This document shows positions 10,423 through 18,696 of a stretch of DNA of 46,438 nt, piece by piece. Source of the DNA: Actinomycetota bacterium (GTDB lineage Bacteria; Actinomycetota; Acidimicrobiia; Spongiisociales; UBA4744); the NCBI GenBank assembly GCA_013152275.1, contig JAADGS010000030.1, positions 62,001-108,438 on the forward strand, in the 5' to 3' direction. The first letter of the stretch is position 1, and every line of letters begins with the position of its first letter. The notes under the pieces were generated by a model. It was not told the origin of the DNA, made no database searches, and saw only the letters and a list, made by a program, of their open reading frames with translations. The position numbers and the translations under genes were made by a program.

Positions 10423-10513
10423 AGAGTCGGCAACACCTGTCTGCCACGAGCATGAGCCGAGCGAATCATTGCCGGGCCGCTCTTGACCATCTCCCCCATC
10501 AGGCCCTGGCGCT

Positions 10514-10538
10514 CCTCAACGCCACCTCAACGCCACCT
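10514..10538 (+). promoter_or_regulatory. 11-bp tandem direct repeat upstream of SDR operon (candidate regulator site)
   Basis: CCTCAACGCCA-CCTCAACGCCA-CCT, followed by a TAGTGT -10-like box at 10553-10558. Confidence 0.4.
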
Positions 10539-10585
10539 GGTGGCCGCTGCAGTAGTGTGTCCACGCACATGAGCGGAGAGGGACC

Positions 10586-11290
10586 ATGGCAGACCGACGC
10601 GTCGCGCTGATCACCGCATCGGGAAGAGGGATGGGAGCGGCGATTGCACGCGAGCTCGCGGAAGCCGGGTACCGGCCGGCACTCATGTCGAACGGCGGAG
10701 GCGCCGTTACGCTCGCCGAAGAACTCGGTGGCATCGGGCTCACCGGATCCGTGACCGACGAGGCGGACCTCTCCGAACTCGTCGATGCGGCAATGACCGG
10801 GTACGGTCGCATCGACGCGGTCGTCAACAACACCGGTCACCCGCCCACCGGAGGGATCCTCCAACTCACCGACACGGACTGGCATGCCGGTCTCGATCTC
10901 GTCCTCCTCAACGTCGTCCGTATGGCTCGGCTCGTCACTCCGATCATGCTCGAGCAGGGTGCCGGCAGCTTCGTGAACATCTCCACATTCTCCGCCTTCG
11001 AGCCAAGCCCGGCGTTTCCCATCTCCAGCAGCCTTCGCGCCGCACTCGCCGGATTCACGAAGTTGTACGCAGACGAGTACGCGGGACGAGGCATCCGGAT
11101 GAACAACGTTCTCCCCGGGTTCATCGACAGCTACCCGCAAACGGCGGAGAACGTCGCTCGGATCCCGGCCGGCCGGTACGGTACCGTCGCGGAGGTCGCC
11201 AAGACGGTCCGTTTCCTCCTCTCCGACGACGCCGGATACATCACCGGGCAGAACATCCGCGTCGACGGCGGCATCACAAGATCGGTCTGA
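10586..11290 (+). CDS. Short-chain dehydrogenase/reductase
   Basis: TASGRGMG, VVNNTG, GIRMNNVLPG, YITGQNIRVDGG; GAGAGG RBS. Confidence 0.93.
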   Translation: MADRRVALITASGRGMGAAIARELAEAGYRPALMSNGGGAVTLAEELGGIGLTGSVTDEADLSELVDAAMTGYGRIDAVVNNTGHPPTGGILQLTDTDWHAGLDLVLLNVVRMARLVTPIMLEQGAGSFVNISTFSAFEPSPAFPISSSLRAALAGFTKLYADEYAGRGIRMNNVLPGFIDSYPQTAENVARIPAGRYGTVAEVAKTVRFLLSDDAGYITGQNIRVDGGITRSV

Positions 11291-11293
11291 GCA

Positions 11294-12460
11294 GTGGCGT
11301 ACGACATCGTCATCGTCGGTGGCAGCGCAATGGGTGCCGCCACGGCCTACTACCTGCTGAGTCGCGAACCGTCGATGTCGGTCGCGGTCATCGAGAAGGA
11401 TCCGACGTATCGATACGCGTCGACCGTGCTCTCGGACGGCAACATTCGTATCCAGTTCAACCTCGAGGAGAACATTCGGATCTCGCAATACGGAATGGAG
11501 GTCTTCGAGACGTTCGCCGATGACATGGAGGTCGATGGCGTCCGGCCCGAGATCTCCATGCGCAAGCAGGGGAACCTGTTCCTCGTCGATGCGGAGACCA
11601 GGAGCGCAGCAGAACAAGGCATCGGACTCCAGCAGGATCTCGGATGCGCGGTCGAGTGGCTGACCGCGGATCAGATCGCCGATGCATACCCGCCGTTCGT
11701 CGGTCCACAGATCATCGGTGGGACGCTCGGACGCCTCGATGGCAGCGTCGATCCGAACGCCGTATTGCAGGGATATCGCAAGAAATCGATCTCGTTGGGC
11801 GCCGACTTCATGACCGGAGAAGTCACCAGTCTGAACGGTGACGGCAACAGAATCCAGGGAGTCACGCTGGCATCCGGAGATGCGATTGCGGCCGGTGTCG
11901 TGGTCAATGCCACTGGAGCGTGGGCTCGCGATCTCCTCTCGACCATCGGAATCGACCTGCCGGTCATTCCGGTGATGCGACACGTTCATGTGGTCGAGAG
12001 TCCGATTCTCTCGACAGGACTGCCGAGCGCCTTCCTGCCATCGGGGCTCTACCTCATCCCCGAGCACGGCGGCACATGGCTCATGGCCTGGTCACAGCCG
12101 GATGACCCGGTCGGGTTCGACTTCTCCGTGCATCAACACCGCTTCTACGACATCATCTGGCCGCATCTCGTCGAGCAGCTTCCCGCTTTCGACCGGCTGC
12201 ACGTCGTTGGTGGGTGGGCAGGCCTCTACGCGGTCAACACCCTCGATGGAAACGCGATCCTCGGCGAGTGGCCCGAGATGCGAGGTCTGTATCTCGCCAA
12301 CGGCTTCTCGGGACACGGATTCCAGCAGTGTCCCGCCGTCGGCCGCTACCTTTCCGAACTCATCCTCGGCCAGGAGCCGAGCCTCGATCTCTCGCGACTT
12401 GGACCACAACGAATCCTCGAAGCCAGCCCACTGTTCGAGCACGCCGGCCGCATCATCTGA
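11294..12460 (+). CDS. FAD-dependent oxidoreductase (DAO/sarcosine oxidase beta, FOXRED1-like)
   Basis: N-terminal dinucleotide fold IVGGSAMG, VVNATGAW, WAGLY, NGFSGHGFQQCPAVG. Confidence 0.9.
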   Translation: MAYDIVIVGGSAMGAATAYYLLSREPSMSVAVIEKDPTYRYASTVLSDGNIRIQFNLEENIRISQYGMEVFETFADDMEVDGVRPEISMRKQGNLFLVDAETRSAAEQGIGLQQDLGCAVEWLTADQIADAYPPFVGPQIIGGTLGRLDGSVDPNAVLQGYRKKSISLGADFMTGEVTSLNGDGNRIQGVTLASGDAIAAGVVVNATGAWARDLLSTIGIDLPVIPVMRHVHVVESPILSTGLPSAFLPSGLYLIPEHGGTWLMAWSQPDDPVGFDFSVHQHRFYDIIWPHLVEQLPAFDRLHVVGGWAGLYAVNTLDGNAILGEWPEMRGLYLANGFSGHGFQQCPAVGRYLSELILGQEPSLDLSRLGPQRILEASPLFEHAGRII

Positions 12461-12553
12461 ACACGTGAGCGGAGGCAACAAGCCGTCTCACGCGGCAACG
12501 TTCATCGGTAGCCTCCGGCAAGAGGAGGTCCAGGCAGGTGCCCTGGAGAAACC

Positions 12554-13048
12554 ATGACCACGTTACGCAATGCTGCAGACGATTTCCTGGCACAACGAAG
12601 GATCGCCGTTGCGGGCGTCTCGAGAACACCCGAAGGGGGCCACAGCGGCAACGGCATCTACCGGCGGCTCCGGGACCGCGGGTATGAGGTCTTCGCAGTC
12701 AACCCGAATGCCGATCAGGTCGAGGGAGATCCTTGTTACCACAGCCTCGCGTCGATCCCGGGTGGAGTGGACGCCGTCGTTGTCGCCACGACCCCACAGG
12801 CAGCCGAGGATGTCGTGCGAGACTGCGCCGAGCTGGGCATCACGCGAGTGTGGCTCCACCGATCGCTCGGCAAGGGCAGCGTCTCGGAAGCTGCAGTCGA
12901 GTACGGCCGACGGCACGGCGTCCCGGTGATTGCCGGCGGATGCCCCCTGATGTTCCCGCCTGCGGCAGACCCGGCACACCGGATCATGCGCTCCGTCCTG
13001 AGCCTCACCGGTGCGGTACCCCGGAAGGTCCAGGACATCGAGCAGTAG
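12554..13048 (+). CDS. CoA-binding domain protein
   Basis: RIAVAGVSR..GYEVFAVNP..VDAVVV..GITRVW..GGCP; GGAG RBS. Confidence 0.88.
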   Translation: MTTLRNAADDFLAQRRIAVAGVSRTPEGGHSGNGIYRRLRDRGYEVFAVNPNADQVEGDPCYHSLASIPGGVDAVVVATTPQAAEDVVRDCAELGITRVWLHRSLGKGSVSEAAVEYGRRHGVPVIAGGCPLMFPPAADPAHRIMRSVLSLTGAVPRKVQDIEQ

Positions 13049-13091
13049 CCGCCACGTCCGCTTTACGGTCTCGCATCACTGGTCACGTCGC

Positions 13092-13126
13092 GATGCGAAG
13101 TACCCGATACCAGGTGCCGGGCGCCA
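13092..13126. repeat. Degenerate heptamer array (5 units)
   Basis: GATGCGA AGTACCC GATACCA GGTGCCG GGCGCCA between convergent genes. Confidence 0.5.
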
Positions 13127-13152
13127 ACATCACTCCGCAGACGCCTGGTGGC

Positions 13153-13731
13153 CTACGCCAACCACACTTCGCCGCCGAGTCTGATCTCCACCGGGGACTC
13201 GAGGTGTTCCATCGCGGTGATGAACCCCCGGGTTCCTGATCCGAGGAACGCGAGCTCCTCCTGCAGCTCCCCGGCGGGTGCATCCGGCCGACCGATCAGG
13301 AAGCGGGTGAACGGAATGCACGGCTCTGCAACCCGCAGCCCGGACAGCTCGACGCCGCCGCCGGCGATGTCGAACACCAACCCGGCGGCGAGCTCATCGA
13401 GCGTCCAGATACGGTCGGTCTCTATGACGATGTTCTCCCCGGCGATGCCCAACGGTTGATCGCCGAACCGATCGGAGATCTTGCGATAGTGCGAGGTGAA
13501 GCCGATCGATACCGTGGAACGGGGGGCCCATCGGGTGCGCTGTGGATGCGACGCATGGTGCGCGTCGATCACCCACCCGCCGTCATGTGCGGCAAGCGTC
13601 CCTTCGCGAGTGAGCAGCAGCCGCTCCGAAGTAACCAGCGGCGACAGCTCATACACGCCGCTCCCTTTCAGGCGCCGGCGCTGCACCTGCAGCAGGGCAA
13701 TGGACCCGACCCGTTCACGCAAGTGCCACAC
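13153..13731 (-). CDS. MOSC-like domain hypothetical protein
   Basis: LLQVQ...GIAGENIVIE...VAEPCIPF...GTRGF resembles the MOSC barrel; start uncertain; overlaps the end of the upstream gene. Confidence 0.65.
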   Translation of the reverse strand: MWHLRERVGSIALLQVQRRRLKGSGVYELSPLVTSERLLLTREGTLAAHDGGWVIDAHHASHPQRTRWAPRSTVSIGFTSHYRKISDRFGDQPLGIAGENIVIETDRIWTLDELAAGLVFDIAGGGVELSGLRVAEPCIPFTRFLIGRPDAPAGELQEELAFLGSGTRGFITAMEHLESPVEIRLGGEVWLA

Positions 13732-14506
13732 CTCGCTCTTCGTGGACGGCCTTGAGGACGTCCGGTCGGTCGGTCATCAGCCCATCCACTCCCAGATCGA
13801 GGAGGCGATGCATTTCGTCTGCCTCGTTGACCGTCCACACGTGCACGTGCTTGTTCGCCCTGTGGGCTGCACCGACGAACTTGTCGTCGACGATGGTGAG
13901 GCTTCCATACCGGACAGGGACCTGTAACGCCGCTGCGGGCGATCTCAGGCCGACACCGGCTCTCGACGCAACCCAGAATGCACGTGTCTCCCAGACGGCG
14001 CTCGACGTGAGCACCCGCCCTCCTGATGCCTTCCGTACGGAGCGCACCCAGCGGTCGTCGAAGCCGCCGACGATCACACGGTCCCACAGGTCGAGACGCT
14101 CCAGCAACGCAACGAGGGGTCCTTCGAGACCACCCTGCTTCAACTCGAGGGTGAGTCGGATATCCGGGAACGTCGTAACGATCTCCTCGAGCGCGGGGAT
14201 GGTGATGCCCTGTCCCCGGTACGGCCATTCCCGATCGGCTCCGAATCGAAACGCGGCGTCGAGCGACTCGAGCTCTTCGAACGTGTAGTCCCAGACATCG
14301 CCGGTGCCGTCCGTTGTGCGATCGAGGTAGTCGTCGTGCAAGAGAACCACGACGCCGTCCTTGGTCAGGTGAAGGTCCGTCTCGAAGTACCGATAGCCGA
14401 GGTCGTAGGACTGTTGGAACGCAAATACGGTGTTCTCGGGCCACAGCAGACGCCCACCCCGATGGGAGAAAGCCGTCGGACGCACGGAGAAGAAGGGATG
14501 GGTCAT
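13715..14506 (-). CDS. Glycerophosphodiester phosphodiesterase
   Basis: SHRGG..PENT, ETDLHLTKDG..HD..LDRTT, ELK, VWTVN, GVDGLMTDRP. Confidence 0.95.
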   Translation of the reverse strand: MTHPFFSVRPTAFSHRGGRLLWPENTVFAFQQSYDLGYRYFETDLHLTKDGVVVLLHDDYLDRTTDGTGDVWDYTFEELESLDAAFRFGADREWPYRGQGITIPALEEIVTTFPDIRLTLELKQGGLEGPLVALLERLDLWDRVIVGGFDDRWVRSVRKASGGRVLTSSAVWETRAFWVASRAGVGLRSPAAALQVPVRYGSLTIVDDKFVGAAHRANKHVHVWTVNEADEMHRLLDLGVDGLMTDRPDVLKAVHEERGVALA

Positions 14507-14660
14507 CGCAAAAGAGTCTAGAAACGTCGTCGGTCGTCGGTCGGCAGCCGGCCATCAGTTGCGGACCACGCGTGGTCACGCGTCTTGCTGAGAACTGATG
14601 ACCGATGAGTGAAAACCGAGCACCGGCCGGCGGTCGCTGGAAACTCGATACCCTTCTCCC

Positions 14661-15497
14661 GTGTTTGCCGTGTTCGCCATTCTCTCTGCCGTCACGTACG
14701 GCGCCGCCGATTTCCTCGGCGGCATGGCCTCGAAGCGCCACCAGGCCATGGGAGTGGTGGTGGTCTCACAGATGGTCGGGGCCGTGCTCCTCCTCGCGTT
14801 GCTCCCGGTCCTCGGACCGGCCGAGTACCGGCTCTCCGATTTCGGATGGGGGGCCGCAGCCGGGCTCATCGGCGGTACCGGGTTGATCTTCTTCTATCGG
14901 GGACTCTCCACAGGGCGGATGTCCGTCGCCGCCCCCTTGTCGGCTGTCACCACCGCCCTTGTTCCACTCACCTTCGGGCTCTTCATCGGAGATCGTCCCT
15001 CCACCGCGGCGACCATCGGGATCGTGGCCGCCCTCTCATCCATCGCACTCATCACCAGGGAGCGAACCCCCGACGAAGGCGAAACGCGCAACACCGGTGC
15101 CCTCGACGGATTCCTGGCGGGCATCGGCTTCGGAGCGTTCTTCATCCTGATCAGCAGGACAGACCCCACATCCGGAATCTGGCCGCTCATCGGTGCCCGC
15201 GCCGCCTCCATACCGTTCGTCGCGATCCTTGCCGCGAGCCTTGGAAGAAGGATCAGACCCACCCGGATGCTGGATAAGACGGTTGCGGGAGCCGGCGTGC
15301 TCGACATCGCTGCAAACGCCCTTTTCCTGTTGGCCGTCCGGGCCGGCTTGATCTCGCTGGCCTCGGTCGTGACGGCCCTCTACCCGGCTTCGACCATCGT
15401 TCTGGCGAGAGTGGTGCTGAAAGAACGACTCACGATGCCACGTCTCGCAGGGGTCGCACTCGCTTTGGCGGGGATCGCCCTCATCGCGACAGGTTGA
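14661..15497 (+). CDS. EamA/DMT family transporter
   Basis: About 10 TMs; YGAADFLGG, GRMSVAAP, LYPASTIVLARVVLKER. TACCCT lies 6 nt before the GTG. Confidence 0.9.
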   Translation: MFAVFAILSAVTYGAADFLGGMASKRHQAMGVVVVSQMVGAVLLLALLPVLGPAEYRLSDFGWGAAAGLIGGTGLIFFYRGLSTGRMSVAAPLSAVTTALVPLTFGLFIGDRPSTAATIGIVAALSSIALITRERTPDEGETRNTGALDGFLAGIGFGAFFILISRTDPTSGIWPLIGARAASIPFVAILAASLGRRIRPTRMLDKTVAGAGVLDIAANALFLLAVRAGLISLASVVTALYPASTIVLARVVLKERLTMPRLAGVALALAGIALIATG

Positions 15498-16707
15498 GCG
15501 TGTCGACGACGAAATCGCCGTCCTTGAGAACCGCACCAACGAGGTCTGTGCCGGGCCGATAGACGAGGTGAACGGCTCGCGGAGCGTCCAGGACGATCAT
15601 GTCCGCGACCGCGCCCTCGCCGATCCATCCCTTGCCCGTCTCCTCGATGGCCAACGCACCACCACGAGTTGCCGACCACAGTGCCTCCTCCGGCGTCAAC
15701 CCCATTTCGAGGACGGCCAGCACCACCACGAGCGGCATACTCTCCACATAGGCGGTGCCCGGGTTGCAGTCCGTGGCGATGGCCACCGGAACGCCGGAAT
15801 CCCAGAGCATCCTGCCGGGTGGCCGGGGAGTCCGCATCGCCAGAGCGACCGCGGGCAGGAGCACCGCAACGGTTCCTGCCCGACGCAAAGCCTCGACATC
15901 GCCGGGAGAGACATGGTCGAGATGGTCGGCACTGACTGCGCCCAGCTCGGCTGCCAGCGCCGCTCCGCCCGTGTGTGCGAGTTGCTCGACGTGCATGCGC
16001 GGCTGCAAACCGAAACGCCTGCCTGCCTCCAGAATCCGACGGGCCTCCTCGAGGGTGAACGCGGCGCTGTCACAGAACACGTCGCAGTAACGGGCGAACG
16101 GAGCGCAGGCCGGCAGCATCTCGTCTTCGATGAGCCGCACATACGCCTCCCGATCCTCCCGATACTCGGCAGGGACGACATGCGCACCGAGGAACGTCGG
16201 CACGACATCGATGGCATGAGTGTGCGCGAGCTTCGTGATGACCTCGAGCATCTTTCTCTCCGTGGGCGTATCGAGCCCGTACCCCGACTTGATCTCGGCC
16301 GTCGTCGTGCCCATCGCCAGCATCCGGTCGAGTCTTCGAGTTGCGGATGCGACGAGCTCTTCCATGTCGGCGACTCTGGTTGCTTCCACGGTCGAGCAGA
16401 TGCCTCCGCCGGCCTCGAGGATTGCCTCGTAACTCTCTCCACGGAGCCGCCGGCCAAATTCGTCGGCCCGATCGCCGGCGAAGACACAATGGGTGTGCGC
16501 ATCCACGAAGCCGGGGATCACCGCCCTTCCTCCAACGTCGATCCGATGCAGGGCGTCGACTTCGGACGGGAGGGCATCATCTGGTCCCGCCCAGGTGACA
16601 ACGCCGTCGCTCACGACCACCGCCGCGTCGGGGACGACACGGCCGGCGGCGGGCGGGCCAAGGTCATTGGTGGTCAGCTCTCCAATGTTGCGAAGCACGA
16701 AATCCAT
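15481..16707 (-). CDS. hutI: Imidazolonepropionase
   Basis: PGFVDAHTH, YEAILEAGGGI, EIKSGYGL, DVFCD, SADHL, ATDCNPG. Confidence 0.95.
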   Translation of the reverse strand: MDFVLRNIGELTTNDLGPPAAGRVVPDAAVVVSDGVVTWAGPDDALPSEVDALHRIDVGGRAVIPGFVDAHTHCVFAGDRADEFGRRLRGESYEAILEAGGGICSTVEATRVADMEELVASATRRLDRMLAMGTTTAEIKSGYGLDTPTERKMLEVITKLAHTHAIDVVPTFLGAHVVPAEYREDREAYVRLIEDEMLPACAPFARYCDVFCDSAAFTLEEARRILEAGRRFGLQPRMHVEQLAHTGGAALAAELGAVSADHLDHVSPGDVEALRRAGTVAVLLPAVALAMRTPRPPGRMLWDSGVPVAIATDCNPGTAYVESMPLVVVLAVLEMGLTPEEALWSATRGGALAIEETGKGWIGEGAVADMIVLDAPRAVHLVYRPGTDLVGAVLKDGDFVVDTLNLSR

Positions 16708-16797
16708 GCCCTCATCCTTGCACGAGCTTTCAGGCGGGCTTAACACCCCTTTATCCGACGCTCACGCAGACTATCGAAGCCACTCCAAGGAGGAGAC

Positions 16798-17238
16798 ATG
16801 AAAGGAAAGCTTGCTGCCATCATTCTCGCCGCTGCGATCGGCATCCCGACCGTCGGCGCCGTCGCGGCGTTCACCGGGGACTCTCCGTCCACAGATGCCG
16901 TCACCGACACCACCCGGCCTCCCCAACAGTCGGACGGTACGGCGCTCGCCGTCCAGGATGCCGTCGCCCGGGACGCCGATCTGCAGCGAGCTTGCGGCGA
17001 GGACGGCCCCGCACTGGCAGCGAAAGAAGCCGCAGGCACGATCAGTCCGCTCGAACAAGCAGCCCTGGACGCACTGCGGCCGATCTGCGCGGACACGGAA
17101 AACCCCCTCCCCGTCGCTTCGGTGGCCGGTCGACCGACCCAGATCGTCACCGTCGTCGAAACGGTGAGTGCGACGCCGGCGCCTGCGCATGAGACCGAAC
17201 GCGAAGACGACCACGAAGACGAGCGCGAAGACGACTGA
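16798..17238 (+). CDS. Hypothetical secreted protein with two Cys and an acidic/His C-terminal tail
   Basis: AAGGAGG RBS; signal peptide MKGKLAAIILAAAIG..AVA; ends HETEREDDHEDEREDD; TGATG coupling to the next gene. Confidence 0.75.
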   Translation: MKGKLAAIILAAAIGIPTVGAVAAFTGDSPSTDAVTDTTRPPQQSDGTALAVQDAVARDADLQRACGEDGPALAAKEAAGTISPLEQAALDALRPICADTENPLPVASVAGRPTQIVTVVETVSATPAPAHETEREDDHEDEREDD

Positions 17239-17543
17239 TGCGCGATCGTGCAATGATCATCGTGGCCACCATCTTCGCCGTGTTCGGATTCCTGACGGTG
17301 CGAAGCTACTCGGGTGTCCCATCTCCGGCGGTTGCCGTCGCATCTTCCGGGATGGTCGCCGAGGCCGCCGAGCCGGAGACCCCCAACGGCCTCAGCCCTG
17401 CCCTGTACCGCACCTTGCAGGCAGAGAACTCGGCATGGGTACTGCCCACCGACCGGGCCGAGCAACAGCTCCCCGCCTCGATCGTGCGGGTGCTGGAATC
17501 CCACAACGCGGTGCTGCGCGTCGCCGACGGGACGGCGAAGTGA
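17238..17543 (+). CDS. Hypothetical membrane-anchored protein
   Basis: N-terminal TM (IIVATIFAVFGFLTV); start and stop overlap neighbours on both sides. Confidence 0.7.
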   Translation: MRDRAMIIVATIFAVFGFLTVRSYSGVPSPAVAVASSGMVAEAAEPETPNGLSPALYRTLQAENSAWVLPTDRAEQQLPASIVRVLESHNAVLRVADGTAK

Positions 17544-17845
17544 TCCGTAAACGTTTCTTTCCGTTGCGGGGCGTCAAGATCGTCGCCTGGACGTTTGCCG
17601 GGGTCGCCTGGGTAACCGCGATCCTCGCCAGTAGGGCAGCTGCGATACCACCGCCGTCTGCCGGCACACAGCCGATCGCCGTCGAGCAGAGTGCCCCCTC
17701 CTCACAGATCGCGGCGGTGCCGTCGCTTCCACAGAGTGGTCTCGTGATTGTCAAGGTAGGCCGTGCCAAGATCACTCCTCCGCCGACACAGATCATCCGC
17801 CGTGTCGTACAGGTGCCGACTCGTCAAACGTCCAAGGGATCGTGA
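17540..17845 (+). CDS. Hypothetical membrane-anchored Pro-rich protein ending TSKGS (candidate flavinylation substrate)
   Basis: GTG overlaps the previous TGA; basic N-terminus IRKRFF, TM, Pro/Ser linker; stop overlaps the apbE ATG. Confidence 0.7.
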   Translation: MIRKRFFPLRGVKIVAWTFAGVAWVTAILASRAAAIPPPSAGTQPIAVEQSAPSSQIAAVPSLPQSGLVIVKVGRAKITPPPTQIIRRVVQVPTRQTSKGS

Positions 17846-18696
17846 TGCAGTCGGTCTCGTTCGATGCGATGGGAACCAAGGTGACGGTCGTTCTGCCGTC
17901 GGATGCAAGCGTGACGGAAACGCGAAGGCTCTTCGATCAGGTCGAACAGGTCTGCAGCCGCTTCCTGAAGCACAGCGAGCTCGGCCGGCTGAATGACTCC
18001 TCGACGTCGACCGTGGAGGTGTCGCCCCTCCTGGCGGACATCTTCACCGTCGCCCAGGATCTTCGCAGCCGGACCGATCGTCTCGTCGACCCGGCCGTCG
18101 GCGGCCTCGTATCCGCATGGGGCTACGACAGAACGTTTCCGAAGGTCGTCGATCTCGCAGATCCGCCGAGCGATGTCGAACCGAACTTCTGGTGGCATAT
18201 CGACGGCTCCACGCTGTGGAAGGCACCGGGTGTTCGTTTCGACCTCGGTGGCATCGCCAAGGGCTGGACGGCAGATGTGGCGGTTGAACGCGGACTCGCG
18301 ACCATCGTGAATGCGGGCGGGGACCTTCGCTCGAACCACCCCGAGGCGGACGTCGACATCGAGGACCCCTGGGGCACGATCGTCGCGAGGGTTCCGTTGG
18401 GATGTAGAGGGCTCGCCACGAGTTCGGTCACCCGCCGCAGATGGAAGGTCGCCGGTCGCCCTGCCCATCATCTGATCGACCCGCGCACCGGCGCTCCTGC
18501 CCATACGCCCATGCTCGGCGCGACCGTCGTCTGTGACAGCGCGACCTTGGCGGAGGCCGGAGCCAAGGCTGTCCTGCTCTACGGAGAACACGGTCTTGCC
18601 TGGGCCGACGATCAAGACTGGATCGACGGTGCGCTCGCCATCTGGAACGACGGTTCCGTGTATGCGACAGGAAGCCTGGAAGTGATGGCGGCATGA
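17845..18696 (+). CDS. apbE: FAD:protein FMN transferase
   Basis: AMGT, SRF..SEL..LN, DLGGIAKGW, NAGGD, ATSS, HHLIDPRTG; no signal peptide or lipobox. Confidence 0.93.
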   Translation: MQSVSFDAMGTKVTVVLPSDASVTETRRLFDQVEQVCSRFLKHSELGRLNDSSTSTVEVSPLLADIFTVAQDLRSRTDRLVDPAVGGLVSAWGYDRTFPKVVDLADPPSDVEPNFWWHIDGSTLWKAPGVRFDLGGIAKGWTADVAVERGLATIVNAGGDLRSNHPEADVDIEDPWGTIVARVPLGCRGLATSSVTRRRWKVAGRPAHHLIDPRTGAPAHTPMLGATVVCDSATLAEAGAKAVLLYGEHGLAWADDQDWIDGALAIWNDGSVYATGSLEVMAA

